From Thermosulfurimonas dismutans (GTDB lineage Bacteria > Desulfobacterota > Thermodesulfobacteria > Thermodesulfobacteriales > Thermodesulfobacteriaceae): DNA of 32,000 nt. Positions within the stretch are counted from its first letter, which is position 1; each line of letters begins with the position of its first letter. Location of the stretch: assembly GCF_001652585.1 (NCBI RefSeq), contig NZ_LWLG01000011.1, positions 30,001 to 62,000 of the forward strand, given 5' to 3'. Positions 23,366 to 30,028 of this stretch are shown here, in pieces. A program made the position numbers and the translations under genes. A model generated the notes under the pieces. It had not been told where the DNA came from and made no database searches. It saw only the letters and a program-made list of their open reading frames with translations.

Positions 23366-25096
23366 CTAGTAAAAAATTAGTAGCCAGACATTGGCTATGG
23401 CCACGCTTATGATCATATAGATGAAACCGACCTTCATGTACTGGAAAAATTTGATCTTATGCCCGGCGGCCTCTGCAATTCCTAAAGTAACCACGTTGGC
23501 GCTGGCCCCAATCATGGTGCCGTTGCCGCCAAAACAGGCCCCTAAGGCCAGGGCCCACCAAAGAACATTGCTTTCGGCCCCGGGAATCACCCGAGAAAGA
23601 TAGGCCGTGATAGGCAGCATGGTGGCCGTAAAAGGAATGTTGTCGACAAAGGCACTCATGATGGCCGCCACCCATAGAATAAGACAGATGGCCACCGTAA
23701 GGGAGCCTTGCGAAAGCTTGTAAACACCATCCGCGATGATGGCGAGCAGGCCGGTTTCTTCCACCGAGCCCACCAGCACAAAAAGGAACATGAAAAAGAG
23801 GAGCGTTGTCCATTCAATATCTTTTTCTACCACCTCTAGGAGATCCACTTTTTTGGTCACCAAGGCATAGGTAAAGAGGAGAGAAGCCCCGAAAAGGGCC
23901 GCTACGGAGACTTCCATATGAAAGATACCGTGAGTTACGAAGAAAAAGATGACTATCAACATGATTATAAGCCCCACCGTAAGAAGCGTGCCATCCGTTA
24001 TACGGTATTCCTCACGAAGTTTGGCGATAAAGGCCTCCACATCGTCCACTTTAGCTTTGGCATAGTCCCGGCCATATACGATCTTGGAGAAGAAAAAGAG
24101 GACCACCATCGAAAGGACTACCACCGGGGTAAGATTCTTTACGAAATCCATGAAGGTAAGCCCTGTATAAGAACCAATCATGATGTTCGGGGGATCTCCG
24201 ATAAGGGTGGCCGTACCGCCCACGTTGGAAGCCAGGATCTCCGGGATGAGGAGGACCAGCGGCGAAATCCCCAGAGAAAGGGCTATTTCTATGGTCACCG
24301 GTGTCAAAAGGAGCATGGTAGTCACATTATCCAGAAAAGCCGAAGCCACCGCCGTAAAAGAGCACAGAATTACACAGAGGAGGAAAACGTTACCTCGGGC
24401 CAGCTGGTAGCTCTTGTAGGCACACCACTGGAAGATCCCCGTTCGCTTGAGAACCCCTATGATGATCATCATACCCATGAGGAGGAAAATGACGTTCATG
24501 TCTATGGCCGCGATGGCCCGCTCGTAAGAAATGATTCGGAAGGCCGGATCCCAAACTCCTAGGGTATAGGTTACGATGAGCATGATGGCGGCCCCAAGGA
24601 GGGCGGCCACTGTCCGATGCAAAAGCTCGAAGCTTATGAGAATGTAGGCCAGCACAAAAATTATAGTTGAGATCCAGAAAGCCGGCCCCAGATGCCGCTC
24701 AAGGATCACGTTTTTGACCACAAATACATCTTGCCCATGAAAGGCCAGCTCCGAAGGCTCGATGTGCAAAATCACAGGTTTAAAACTGCTCTTAAAGATC
24801 TCCAGTTCCAGCTTCCCCTCACGCAGGGCCCTCTCTGGGACTTCGGCCACCACCTGAAAGGAACCGTCCTTTTCAGTCTCGATGGCTTCAATCTCTTGGT
24901 GTCCGTGGGCTCCTTTACGAAAGGCTAGAGGCTTCCCATCAAGCAAAATCTTGATCTCGGCCTCGCTTACCGGTTCCTTATGAGAATCGAGCACTCGACC
25001 GGAAATATGGAGATAAAGCTTATCCGTGGACGCAAAAGAATTCAGGACTCCTAGCCATAGAAAGGAAACCACAAACAGGAGCCACCATCTCTTCAT
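23366..25096 (-). CDS. ArsB/NhaD-superfamily (SLC13/CitMHS-like) anion permease with an N-terminal extracytoplasmic beta-sandwich domain
   Basis: 576 aa. A signal peptide is followed by a roughly 120-aa CarboxypepD_reg-like segment (ISGRVLDSHKEPVSEAEIKILLDG...EKDGSFQV), then a polytopic core. The core has paired hairpin motifs GGTATLIGDPPNIMIG and GGNGTMIGASANVV. Confidence 0.8.
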   Translation of the reverse strand: MKRWWLLFVVSFLWLGVLNSFASTDKLYLHISGRVLDSHKEPVSEAEIKILLDGKPLAFRKGAHGHQEIEAIETEKDGSFQVVAEVPERALREGKLELEIFKSSFKPVILHIEPSELAFHGQDVFVVKNVILERHLGPAFWISTIIFVLAYILISFELLHRTVAALLGAAIMLIVTYTLGVWDPAFRIISYERAIAAIDMNVIFLLMGMMIIIGVLKRTGIFQWCAYKSYQLARGNVFLLCVILCSFTAVASAFLDNVTTMLLLTPVTIEIALSLGISPLVLLIPEILASNVGGTATLIGDPPNIMIGSYTGLTFMDFVKNLTPVVVLSMVVLFFFSKIVYGRDYAKAKVDDVEAFIAKLREEYRITDGTLLTVGLIIMLIVIFFFVTHGIFHMEVSVAALFGASLLFTYALVTKKVDLLEVVEKDIEWTTLLFFMFLFVLVGSVEETGLLAIIADGVYKLSQGSLTVAICLILWVAAIMSAFVDNIPFTATMLPITAYLSRVIPGAESNVLWWALALGACFGGNGTMIGASANVVTLGIAEAAGHKIKFFQYMKVGFIYMIISVAIANVWLLIFY

Positions 25097-25177
25097 GGCG
25101 CATCTCCTCTGTTATTTTAGATTTTAAGATCTTCCTTGGCTTTACTAAATTTTTTTTCTCCTGTAAATCCCTTGAGT

Positions 25178-25504
25178 ATGAAAAGAAAAAATTTCCTCTC
25201 GGAAAAAGATTTGCGGCTTTTTTTGAAACGCTTTTTAAAAGAGAAATTAAAAGGCCTCCCCCCGGATTTCAAAATCGAAATAAGAGTGTTTTCTCATCAG
25301 CCCCCCCGAACGGCCTTGAAGATCCCGGCTCATTCTGAAAAGAATCTCCTTAGAGCCCATCAAGTGGACCTTTTGATCCGTGAGCTTTCCGAAGCGGGCA
25401 TCACGGTAGAGGTTTTTTATCTTGACGACGAACCCGAGGCCTCAGAGAGCTTATCCTTCAACCCCTCGGAAAAACCTAACCAGGGCAAGGCCCAATTTCC
25501 GTAA
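25178..25504 (+). CDS. Hypothetical protein (108 aa from the ATG at 25178), no family recognised
   Basis: ORF 25136..25504. I prefer the internal ATG (MKRKNFLSEKDLRLFLKRF...). It has a basic N-terminus and an acidic, low-complexity C-terminus, with no convincing SD. Confidence 0.4.
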   Translation: MKRKNFLSEKDLRLFLKRFLKEKLKGLPPDFKIEIRVFSHQPPRTALKIPAHSEKNLLRAHQVDLLIRELSEAGITVEVFYLDDEPEASESLSFNPSEKPNQGKAQFP

Positions 25505-25534
25505 AAAAGGGGGGGTTGTCTTTATAGAAAAATT

Positions 25535-26164
25535 TCATCTCCGGCGGCTGCGAATGACGTCCTCGTAAGCCCATTTCCTGAGAATTTCTTCCATTTCCTT
25601 CTCGGTAAGCTGCGGTCGATCGTAAAGGCCGGCGGTCTCCCGCTGGCGAAAGGCCTCGTAGAGGATAATCCCGGTGGCTACCGAAACGTTTAGGCTCCGC
25701 ACCATGCCCATCATGGGGATCTTTATCCGATGGGTAGCCAAGGGGAGGAGGTCCGGCGAGACCCCTTCCACCTCGTTGCCCACTACAATGATTGTGGGAT
25801 GGGTGTAGTCCACCTCCCGGAAGTCTAGGGTTCCGGCTCCCAGCCAGGTCACCACCACCTGAAAACCTTGATCCCGAAACTCCTGAAGCTTTTCTACCGG
25901 AGATTCTACCTTCTCCAAACAAACCCAGCGGTGGGCCCCAAGAGTCACAGCCTCGTTTATAGGGGCCGGACGGTCTTCTTCATAACCATAAAAGACCTGA
26001 AAAATCCCCACGGCTTCCGCGGTGCGGATGAGAGCCGAAAAGTTGTGTTCGTTCTTGACCCGATCCATAAAGAGCACAAGATCTTTTTGCCTGCGGACAA
26101 GAACCTCCCGCATACGGATCAGTCTTCTTGGGAGCACTAGATACTCTTTTTCAGGCTCTTTCAA
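25535..26164 (-). CDS. trmH: SpoU-family tRNA (guanosine-2'-O)-methyltransferase, TrmH-like
   Basis: 209 aa. RMREVLVRRQKDLVLFMDRVKNEHNFSALIRTAEAVG resembles the TrmH N-terminus. SPOUT knot motifs VVGNEVEGVS and IPMMGMVRSLNVSVATGIILYE. Confidence 0.85.
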   Translation of the reverse strand: MKEPEKEYLVLPRRLIRMREVLVRRQKDLVLFMDRVKNEHNFSALIRTAEAVGIFQVFYGYEEDRPAPINEAVTLGAHRWVCLEKVESPVEKLQEFRDQGFQVVVTWLGAGTLDFREVDYTHPTIIVVGNEVEGVSPDLLPLATHRIKIPMMGMVRSLNVSVATGIILYEAFRQRETAGLYDRPQLTEKEMEEILRKWAYEDVIRSRRR

Positions 26165-26819
26165 GGCGACGGAGCCCCTCTTCGTCCAGTATTCGAATCT
26201 GTTTTCCGGAAACCTCGATCAACCCTTCTTCAGAGAGACGATTTAAAACCCGGGATAAAGTCTCCGGGACCGTCCCCAAAAGGGCCGCCAGTTCCCCTTT
26301 GGGGATCTCAAGCTCAAACTCCGGACTGCCTTTGGTTTCCCGTAAATAAAGGAGGTAGCCCGCAAGCCTCTCCGGGACTTCTTTAAGGGAGAGGGCCTCG
26401 ACCATCCCGGCAAGCTTTCTGAGTCTCAAGGCCTGAAGAGCAAGCATGTTGAGGGCTAATTCGGGCCTTTTCCGCACAAGTTCAAGGAAGGCCTTACGCG
26501 GAAAAAGTAAAACCGCCGCCGGGGTCAAAGCCTCGGCCCAAGCCGGATAGCGGGATCCGGAAAAAAGGGCCGCCTCGGCAAAGGCCTCCCCAGGGCCAAA
26601 GACATGAAGGATTTGTTGTCTTCCACGGGAAGAGAGCCGATAAATTTTTATTCGCCCTTTAATGACCACATAAAAGCCGGTGGCTTCCTCGCCTTGAGCG
26701 AAAAGGATTTCGCCCTTTTCAAGTTTTTTAAGGCGTGAAATCTCTCTTAAGCGTTGAAGGTCTTCTTCCGGAAGACCCTCAAAAATTGGGATCTTCTTTA
26801 AGACTTCTAGTATCTCCAT
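26151..26819 (-). CDS. Crp/Fnr-family transcriptional regulator
   Basis: 222 aa. A cNMP-binding-like beta-barrel (ILFAQGEEATGFYVVIKGRIKIY) and a C-terminal HTH (LGTVPETLSRVLNRLSEEGLI). No Fnr-type N-terminal Cys cluster. Confidence 0.88.
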   Translation of the reverse strand: MEILEVLKKIPIFEGLPEEDLQRLREISRLKKLEKGEILFAQGEEATGFYVVIKGRIKIYRLSSRGRQQILHVFGPGEAFAEAALFSGSRYPAWAEALTPAAVLLFPRKAFLELVRKRPELALNMLALQALRLRKLAGMVEALSLKEVPERLAGYLLYLRETKGSPEFELEIPKGELAALLGTVPETLSRVLNRLSEEGLIEVSGKQIRILDEEGLRRLERA

Positions 26820-26851
26820 AGGCGATTAGATTATAGCCCCGGCTCTCCCCC

Positions 26852-26880
26852 TTGACAAAGAGAAAAAGCCTGGAAAGATT
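26852..26880 (+). promoter_or_regulatory. Putative promoter of the tRNA-Met / tRNA-Cys / queDE unit
   Basis: Consensus -35 TTGACA (26852..26857), 17-nt spacer, weak -10 AAGATT (26875..26880), 13 nt before the tRNA 5' end. Confidence 0.3.
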
Positions 26881-26893
26881 TAGGGAAGAGTGT

Positions 26894-26970
26894 GGCGGCG
26901 TAGCTCAACTGGTTAGAGCATGCGGCTCATATCCGCAAGGTTCGGGGTTCGAGTCCCTGCGCCGCCACCA
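26894..26970 (+). tRNA. tRNA with CAU anticodon, elongator tRNA-Met type (tRNA-Ile2 with lysidine cannot be excluded)
   Basis: Hand-folded cloverleaf: GGCGGCG/TA/GCTC-AACTGGTTA-GAGC/A/TGCGG-CTCATAT-CCGCA/AGGTT/CGGGG-TTCGAGT-CCCTG/CGCCGCC/A/CCA. The 1-72 position is paired and the anticodon stem has only two G-C pairs at its base, so it is not an initiator. Confidence 0.85.
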
Positions 26971-26992
26971 AAAAATAAGAATTGAAATCGTA

Positions 26993-27067
26993 GGCGGCGT
27001 AGCCAAGTGGTAAGGCGACGGCCTGCAAAGCCGTGAATCCGGGGTTCGAATCCCCGCGCCGCCTCCA
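26993..27067 (+). tRNA. tRNA-Cys (GCA)
   Basis: Hand-folded cloverleaf: GGCGGCG/TA/GCC-AAGTGGTAA-GGC/G/ACGGC-CTGCAAA-GCCGT/GAATC/CGGGG-TTCGAAT-CCCCG/CGCCGCC/T/CCA. Discriminator U73 is the known Cys identity element. CCA is encoded. Confidence 0.9.
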
Positions 27068-27077
27068 CTAATAATCC

Positions 27078-27449
27078 ATGTTTGAGCTTACTGTCCGCGA
27101 CGAGTTTTCAGCTGCGCATCAGTTACGGGGCTACGAAGGAGCCTGCGAGAATCTCCACGGCCACAACTGGAAAGTGGAAGTGGCCGTTCGTGGTTCGCAA
27201 CTTAACGAAATCGGTATTCTTATAGATTTCAAAGAGCTCAAAAAGGCCTTAAAAGAGATCCTTTCAGAACTTGACCACTGTCATCTCAACGAACACCCTG
27301 CGTTTAGAGACCTCAATCCTTCCTCAGAAAACCTGGCCCGGTTTATCTTTGAACGCCTTGAAGAGAAACTTGCGGGAAAACCGGTGGAGGTCTTCCGGGT
27401 TACGGTCTGCGAGACGGAAAGGTCCTGTGCCTCTTATTTCAGGGGATAA
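27078..27449 (+). CDS. queD: 6-carboxy-5,6,7,8-tetrahydropterin synthase QueD
   Basis: 123 aa. FSAAHQL...CENLHGHNWKVEV provides the Zn-binding His residues and catalytic Cys of the PTPS/QueD family. The ATG is only 10 nt after the tRNA-Cys CCA end. Confidence 0.9.
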   Translation: MFELTVRDEFSAAHQLRGYEGACENLHGHNWKVEVAVRGSQLNEIGILIDFKELKKALKEILSELDHCHLNEHPAFRDLNPSSENLARFIFERLEEKLAGKPVEVFRVTVCETERSCASYFRG

Positions 27450-28083
27450 AATTCGCCTAAAAATCAGTGAACTTTTTGTCAGTCTTCAAGGGGAGGGTCC
27501 AGCCGCGGGCTATCCGGCCTTCTTCGTAAGGCTTTCAGGTTGCAATCTATCCTGCTGCTGGTGTGATACCCCTCATGCCCGTCAACCTGAAACCGGCCAG
27601 GAGATGGAAATGCCTAAAATTATCAACCGTTTCCGCAAGAGCGGGGTCTCCCAGGTCCTTATAACCGGAGGCGAGCCCTTGCTTCAGGAAGGAGTCTATG
27701 CGCTCATGGAGGAGCTTCTTGCCCTCGGAGCCCAGGTCTTCCTTGAGACCAACGGCAGCCTATCCTTGAAGCGCGTACCTTCTGAAGTTACCAAAGTCAT
27801 GGACCTCAAACCTCCTTCTTCTGGCATGAGTAAATACATGCTTTATGAAAACCTGCGCTACCTTAGCCACAGGGATCAGATCAAGTTCGTGATTGCGGAC
27901 GAAGAGGATTACCGCTGGGCAAAAGAAAAAGTACTGGGGCTTGGGCTAAACTACTTTACCGAAGTATCCTTCTCACCGGCCTGGGGCCTCATGTCTCCAG
28001 AGAAACTGGCGAAAATGATCCTGAGAGACCGGCTTCCGGTGCGACTCCAGCTACAGCTTCACAAGATTCTGAAGCTTCCTTAA
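27427..28083 (+). CDS. queE: 7-carboxy-7-deazaguanine synthase QueE (radical SAM)
   Basis: ISELFVSLQGEG and the radical-SAM cluster motif CNLSCCWCD. I prefer the GTG at 27427 (GGAAAGG SD, 23-nt overlap with queD). The ORF-track start at 27271 would run through queD in another frame. Confidence 0.85.
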   Translation: MPLISGDKIRLKISELFVSLQGEGPAAGYPAFFVRLSGCNLSCCWCDTPHARQPETGQEMEMPKIINRFRKSGVSQVLITGGEPLLQEGVYALMEELLALGAQVFLETNGSLSLKRVPSEVTKVMDLKPPSSGMSKYMLYENLRYLSHRDQIKFVIADEEDYRWAKEKVLGLGLNYFTEVSFSPAWGLMSPEKLAKMILRDRLPVRLQLQLHKILKLP

Positions 28084-29675
28084 CGCCGCTCCAAGAATTT
28101 CCGCACCGAAACCACCAGTAAAAACACCGTAAGGGCAAGCAACCCCAGAGCCAGGACCGAGAGAAGGAGATGCCCCGAGCCCAGGTTCTTGCGAAAGAGG
28201 ATAGCCAGGGCTGTGAGGGTTACCGCCAGCATGAAAATGGCCGGAAGGCTCACGAAGGCAAATGGCCTTCCGGTGGCCATCAACCAGACTGTAAGGGAAA
28301 GAAGCGCCAGCGCTGCAAGGAGCTGATTGGCCGAGCCCATAAGGGGCCAGATCTTTTGCCAGGCCCCGGAGAAGGCTAAAGCCGCCGAAAGACCCACTAC
28401 CACCAGCGTAAAGACCACCCGGCTCCGAGAGGTAGAAACGTGTTCCCCCTCGCGGGCGAAAAGTTCCTCAAGCATGAAACGGGAAACCCGGGTGGCGGTG
28501 TCCAAAGAAGTGAGCGCAAAGGCTGAGACCGCAAGAGCGGCAAAGGCCTTACCCTTCTCAACGGGTATGCCCAGAGACGCAAAAAACCCAGCCACTCCGG
28601 TGGCAAAGGTAGTGATAGGGCCTTGGGTCTTCAGCAAGCCTTTATAATCCGCAAGGCTCAAACCCACCACGGCACACAGAGAAATCACCCCCAAGAGACC
28701 TTCCAGGAGCATAGCTCCGTAGCCCACATAGCGGGCCTGGGACTCACGGGCCACCTGCCGAGCGGTAGTGCCCGAGCCCACCAGAGAATGGAAACCCGAA
28801 ATGGCCCCGCAGGAAGTGATCACAAAAAGCAGGGGGAAGAAAGGCCCGATCTCATTAGTGAAACCGGTAAAGGCCGGAAGTCTTACCTCCGGAGCTCCGA
28901 TCAACAAACCCAAAAAGGCCCCGAAGAGAAGGGCATATAGGAGAAAGGCGTTGAGATAGTCCCGGGGCTGAAGTAATAGCCAGATGGGCAGAACCGAGGC
29001 CAAAAAGACATAAATAAAAAGAAGAAGGCGCCAGTAAATCTCTGGCAACCTTAGGGGAAATTTGAAACCCAGAAAGATGGAAGCCGCAAGCCCGCAGAGC
29101 CCGAACACCGTAATCAGGGGGAGAGGCAACCCCACCCGGTAATAAAGTATCCCGAAGACCAGGGCCAAAACCAGGAAAAGAACGGAAGCCGTGGCTACCG
29201 GGGGAGAGGCTACAAAGGTCTTGGCTACGATGACATCAAAGGCCGCCACCACCAAAATAAGAGTAGCGGTGGCGAAAAGAAGAAAGAGTTTCTGGGCTTG
29301 AGGGCCGAGGTATTGTCTTAAAATTTCTCCGATAGAGCGTCCGTCGTGACGTAGGGAAGCCATGATGGAGCCCATGTCATGCACGCCTCCTGCAAAGACC
29401 GCTCCCAGTACCAGCCAGAGGAAGACACCTAGCCAGCCATAGGAAGCCGCGAGAATCGGCCCCACAATAGGCCCCGCCCCGGCAATAGAAGCAAAATGGT
29501 GACCAAAGAGGATGGGGGTGGAGGTGGGCATGAAATCCAGCCCGTCCCGGAAACGCTCCGCAGGAGTCCTGCGACGATCGTCAACTTCAAACCAACGGGA
29601 AACCAAGGAGGAGTAAATAAAAAAACCCGCTCCCAGAATAGCCAAGGCCACAATAATCAAGATCCGAGAAGACAT
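28080..29675 (-). CDS. cstA: Carbon starvation protein CstA-family transporter (peptide/pyruvate uptake)
   Basis: 531-aa polytopic protein with the hallmark FGHHFASIAGAGPIVGP near the N-terminus. Its stop shares the TTAA tetranucleotide with the converging queE stop. Confidence 0.88.
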   Translation of the reverse strand: MSSRILIIVALAILGAGFFIYSSLVSRWFEVDDRRRTPAERFRDGLDFMPTSTPILFGHHFASIAGAGPIVGPILAASYGWLGVFLWLVLGAVFAGGVHDMGSIMASLRHDGRSIGEILRQYLGPQAQKLFLLFATATLILVVAAFDVIVAKTFVASPPVATASVLFLVLALVFGILYYRVGLPLPLITVFGLCGLAASIFLGFKFPLRLPEIYWRLLLFIYVFLASVLPIWLLLQPRDYLNAFLLYALLFGAFLGLLIGAPEVRLPAFTGFTNEIGPFFPLLFVITSCGAISGFHSLVGSGTTARQVARESQARYVGYGAMLLEGLLGVISLCAVVGLSLADYKGLLKTQGPITTFATGVAGFFASLGIPVEKGKAFAALAVSAFALTSLDTATRVSRFMLEELFAREGEHVSTSRSRVVFTLVVVGLSAALAFSGAWQKIWPLMGSANQLLAALALLSLTVWLMATGRPFAFVSLPAIFMLAVTLTALAILFRKNLGSGHLLLSVLALGLLALTVFLLVVSVRKFLERR

Positions 29676-29681
29676 ATTTAC

Positions 29682-29710
29682 ATTGAAAAGCCGTTGTCTA
29701 ATTTCGTCAA
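29682..29710 (-). promoter_or_regulatory. Putative cstA promoter, predicting a leaderless mRNA
   Basis: Minus strand: TTGACG (29710..29705), 17-nt spacer, TTCAAT (29687..29682). Only 6 nt lie between the -10 and the ATG at 29675, and there is no SD. Confidence 0.4.
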
Positions 29711-29730
29711 GCGGTTTGCCATGATTCCCT

Positions 29731-29745
29731 CTTAATCGTTTCGTT
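29731..29745. repeat. Intergenic repeat copy B, module 1
   Basis: CTTAATCGTTTCGTT is identical over 15 nt to 17693..17707. In both copies it is preceded by AT(T)CCCT. Confidence 0.5.
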
Positions 29746-29873
29746 AGCTTGTGCTCCCCGAAATCCCCTGCCGTGCCTTCAAGTTCAGCCTATACGTTTT
29801 CCGATTTTTCTTTCACCCGCCGGCTGAAACCCGCTATTTATCTCAATTCCAAACATATCAACGGCTTTAGGTT

Positions 29874-29903
29874 CCCAGATCTCCACTTGAGCGGGACTTT
29901 GGG
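29874..29903. repeat. Intergenic repeat copy B, module 2
   Basis: CCCAGATCTCCACTTGAGCGGGACTTTGGG matches 17709..17738 at 23 of 30 positions by hand alignment. Here it lies 128 nt from module 1 instead of adjacent to it. Confidence 0.45.
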
Positions 29904-29960
29904 TTTCTCTAAAGTTGCGTTTTTTCATAAAAATCCCATCTGTTATCCAAATTAACAAAC

Positions 29961-29988
29961 TTGACTTTTTTAAAAAATAAAATATAAA
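29961..29988 (+). promoter_or_regulatory. Putative promoter of the PAS histidine kinase gene
   Basis: TTGACT (29961..29966), 16-nt spacer, TATAAA (29983..29988), inside a very AT-rich stretch about 40 nt before the ATG at 30029. Confidence 0.45.
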
Positions 29989-30028
29989 AATTTGTTCGAA
30001 TTTTTTCATATATATTTAAAAAGACTAT

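Noticed and set aside
23918-24562. 214-aa plus-strand ORF inside the permease gene
   Set aside because: This is a shadow ORF opposite a well-supported membrane protein. The translation is His/Arg/Lys-rich, with no domain-like pattern and no start signals.
25505-25534. A6G7 homopolymer tract (AAAAAAGGGGGGG) as a phase-variation switch
   Set aside because: It lies in the 30-nt spacer between two convergent stop codons, so a length change would not alter any reading frame or any promoter I could identify.
27068-27077. preQ1 riboswitch upstream of queD/queE
   Set aside because: Only 10 nt separate the tRNA-Cys 3' end from the queD ATG, which leaves no room for even the 34-nt class I aptamer.
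27271-27426. Long N-terminal extension of queE as given in the ORF track
   Set aside because: It would overlap queD by 179 nt in another frame, and the extension has no QueE-like sequence. The GTG at 27427 with a GGAAAGG SD gives a normal ~218-aa QueE.
26894-28083. tRNA-adjacent genomic island or integration site
   Set aside because: There is no integrase, no direct repeat of the tRNA 3' end, and the downstream genes are core queuosine-biosynthesis genes.
29785-29928. 47-aa ORF (MKKRNFRETQSPAQVEIWEPKAVDMFGIEINSGFQPAGERKIGKRIG) and the overlapping 68-aa plus-strand ORF in the cstA/kinase spacer
   Set aside because: It has a weak SD and no recognisable family. The part matching repeat module 2 is not within any ORF at copy A, so the similarity looks nucleotide-level rather than protein-level. 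It is kept only as context for the repeat finding.
29943-30028. Replication origin (DnaA-box-like TTATCCAAA next to a very AT-rich stretch)
   Set aside because: There is a single 8-of-9 match to the DnaA box, no cluster of boxes and no dnaA/dnaN/gidA context. The AT-rich block contains a good TTGACT-16-TATAAA promoter for the kinase gene.
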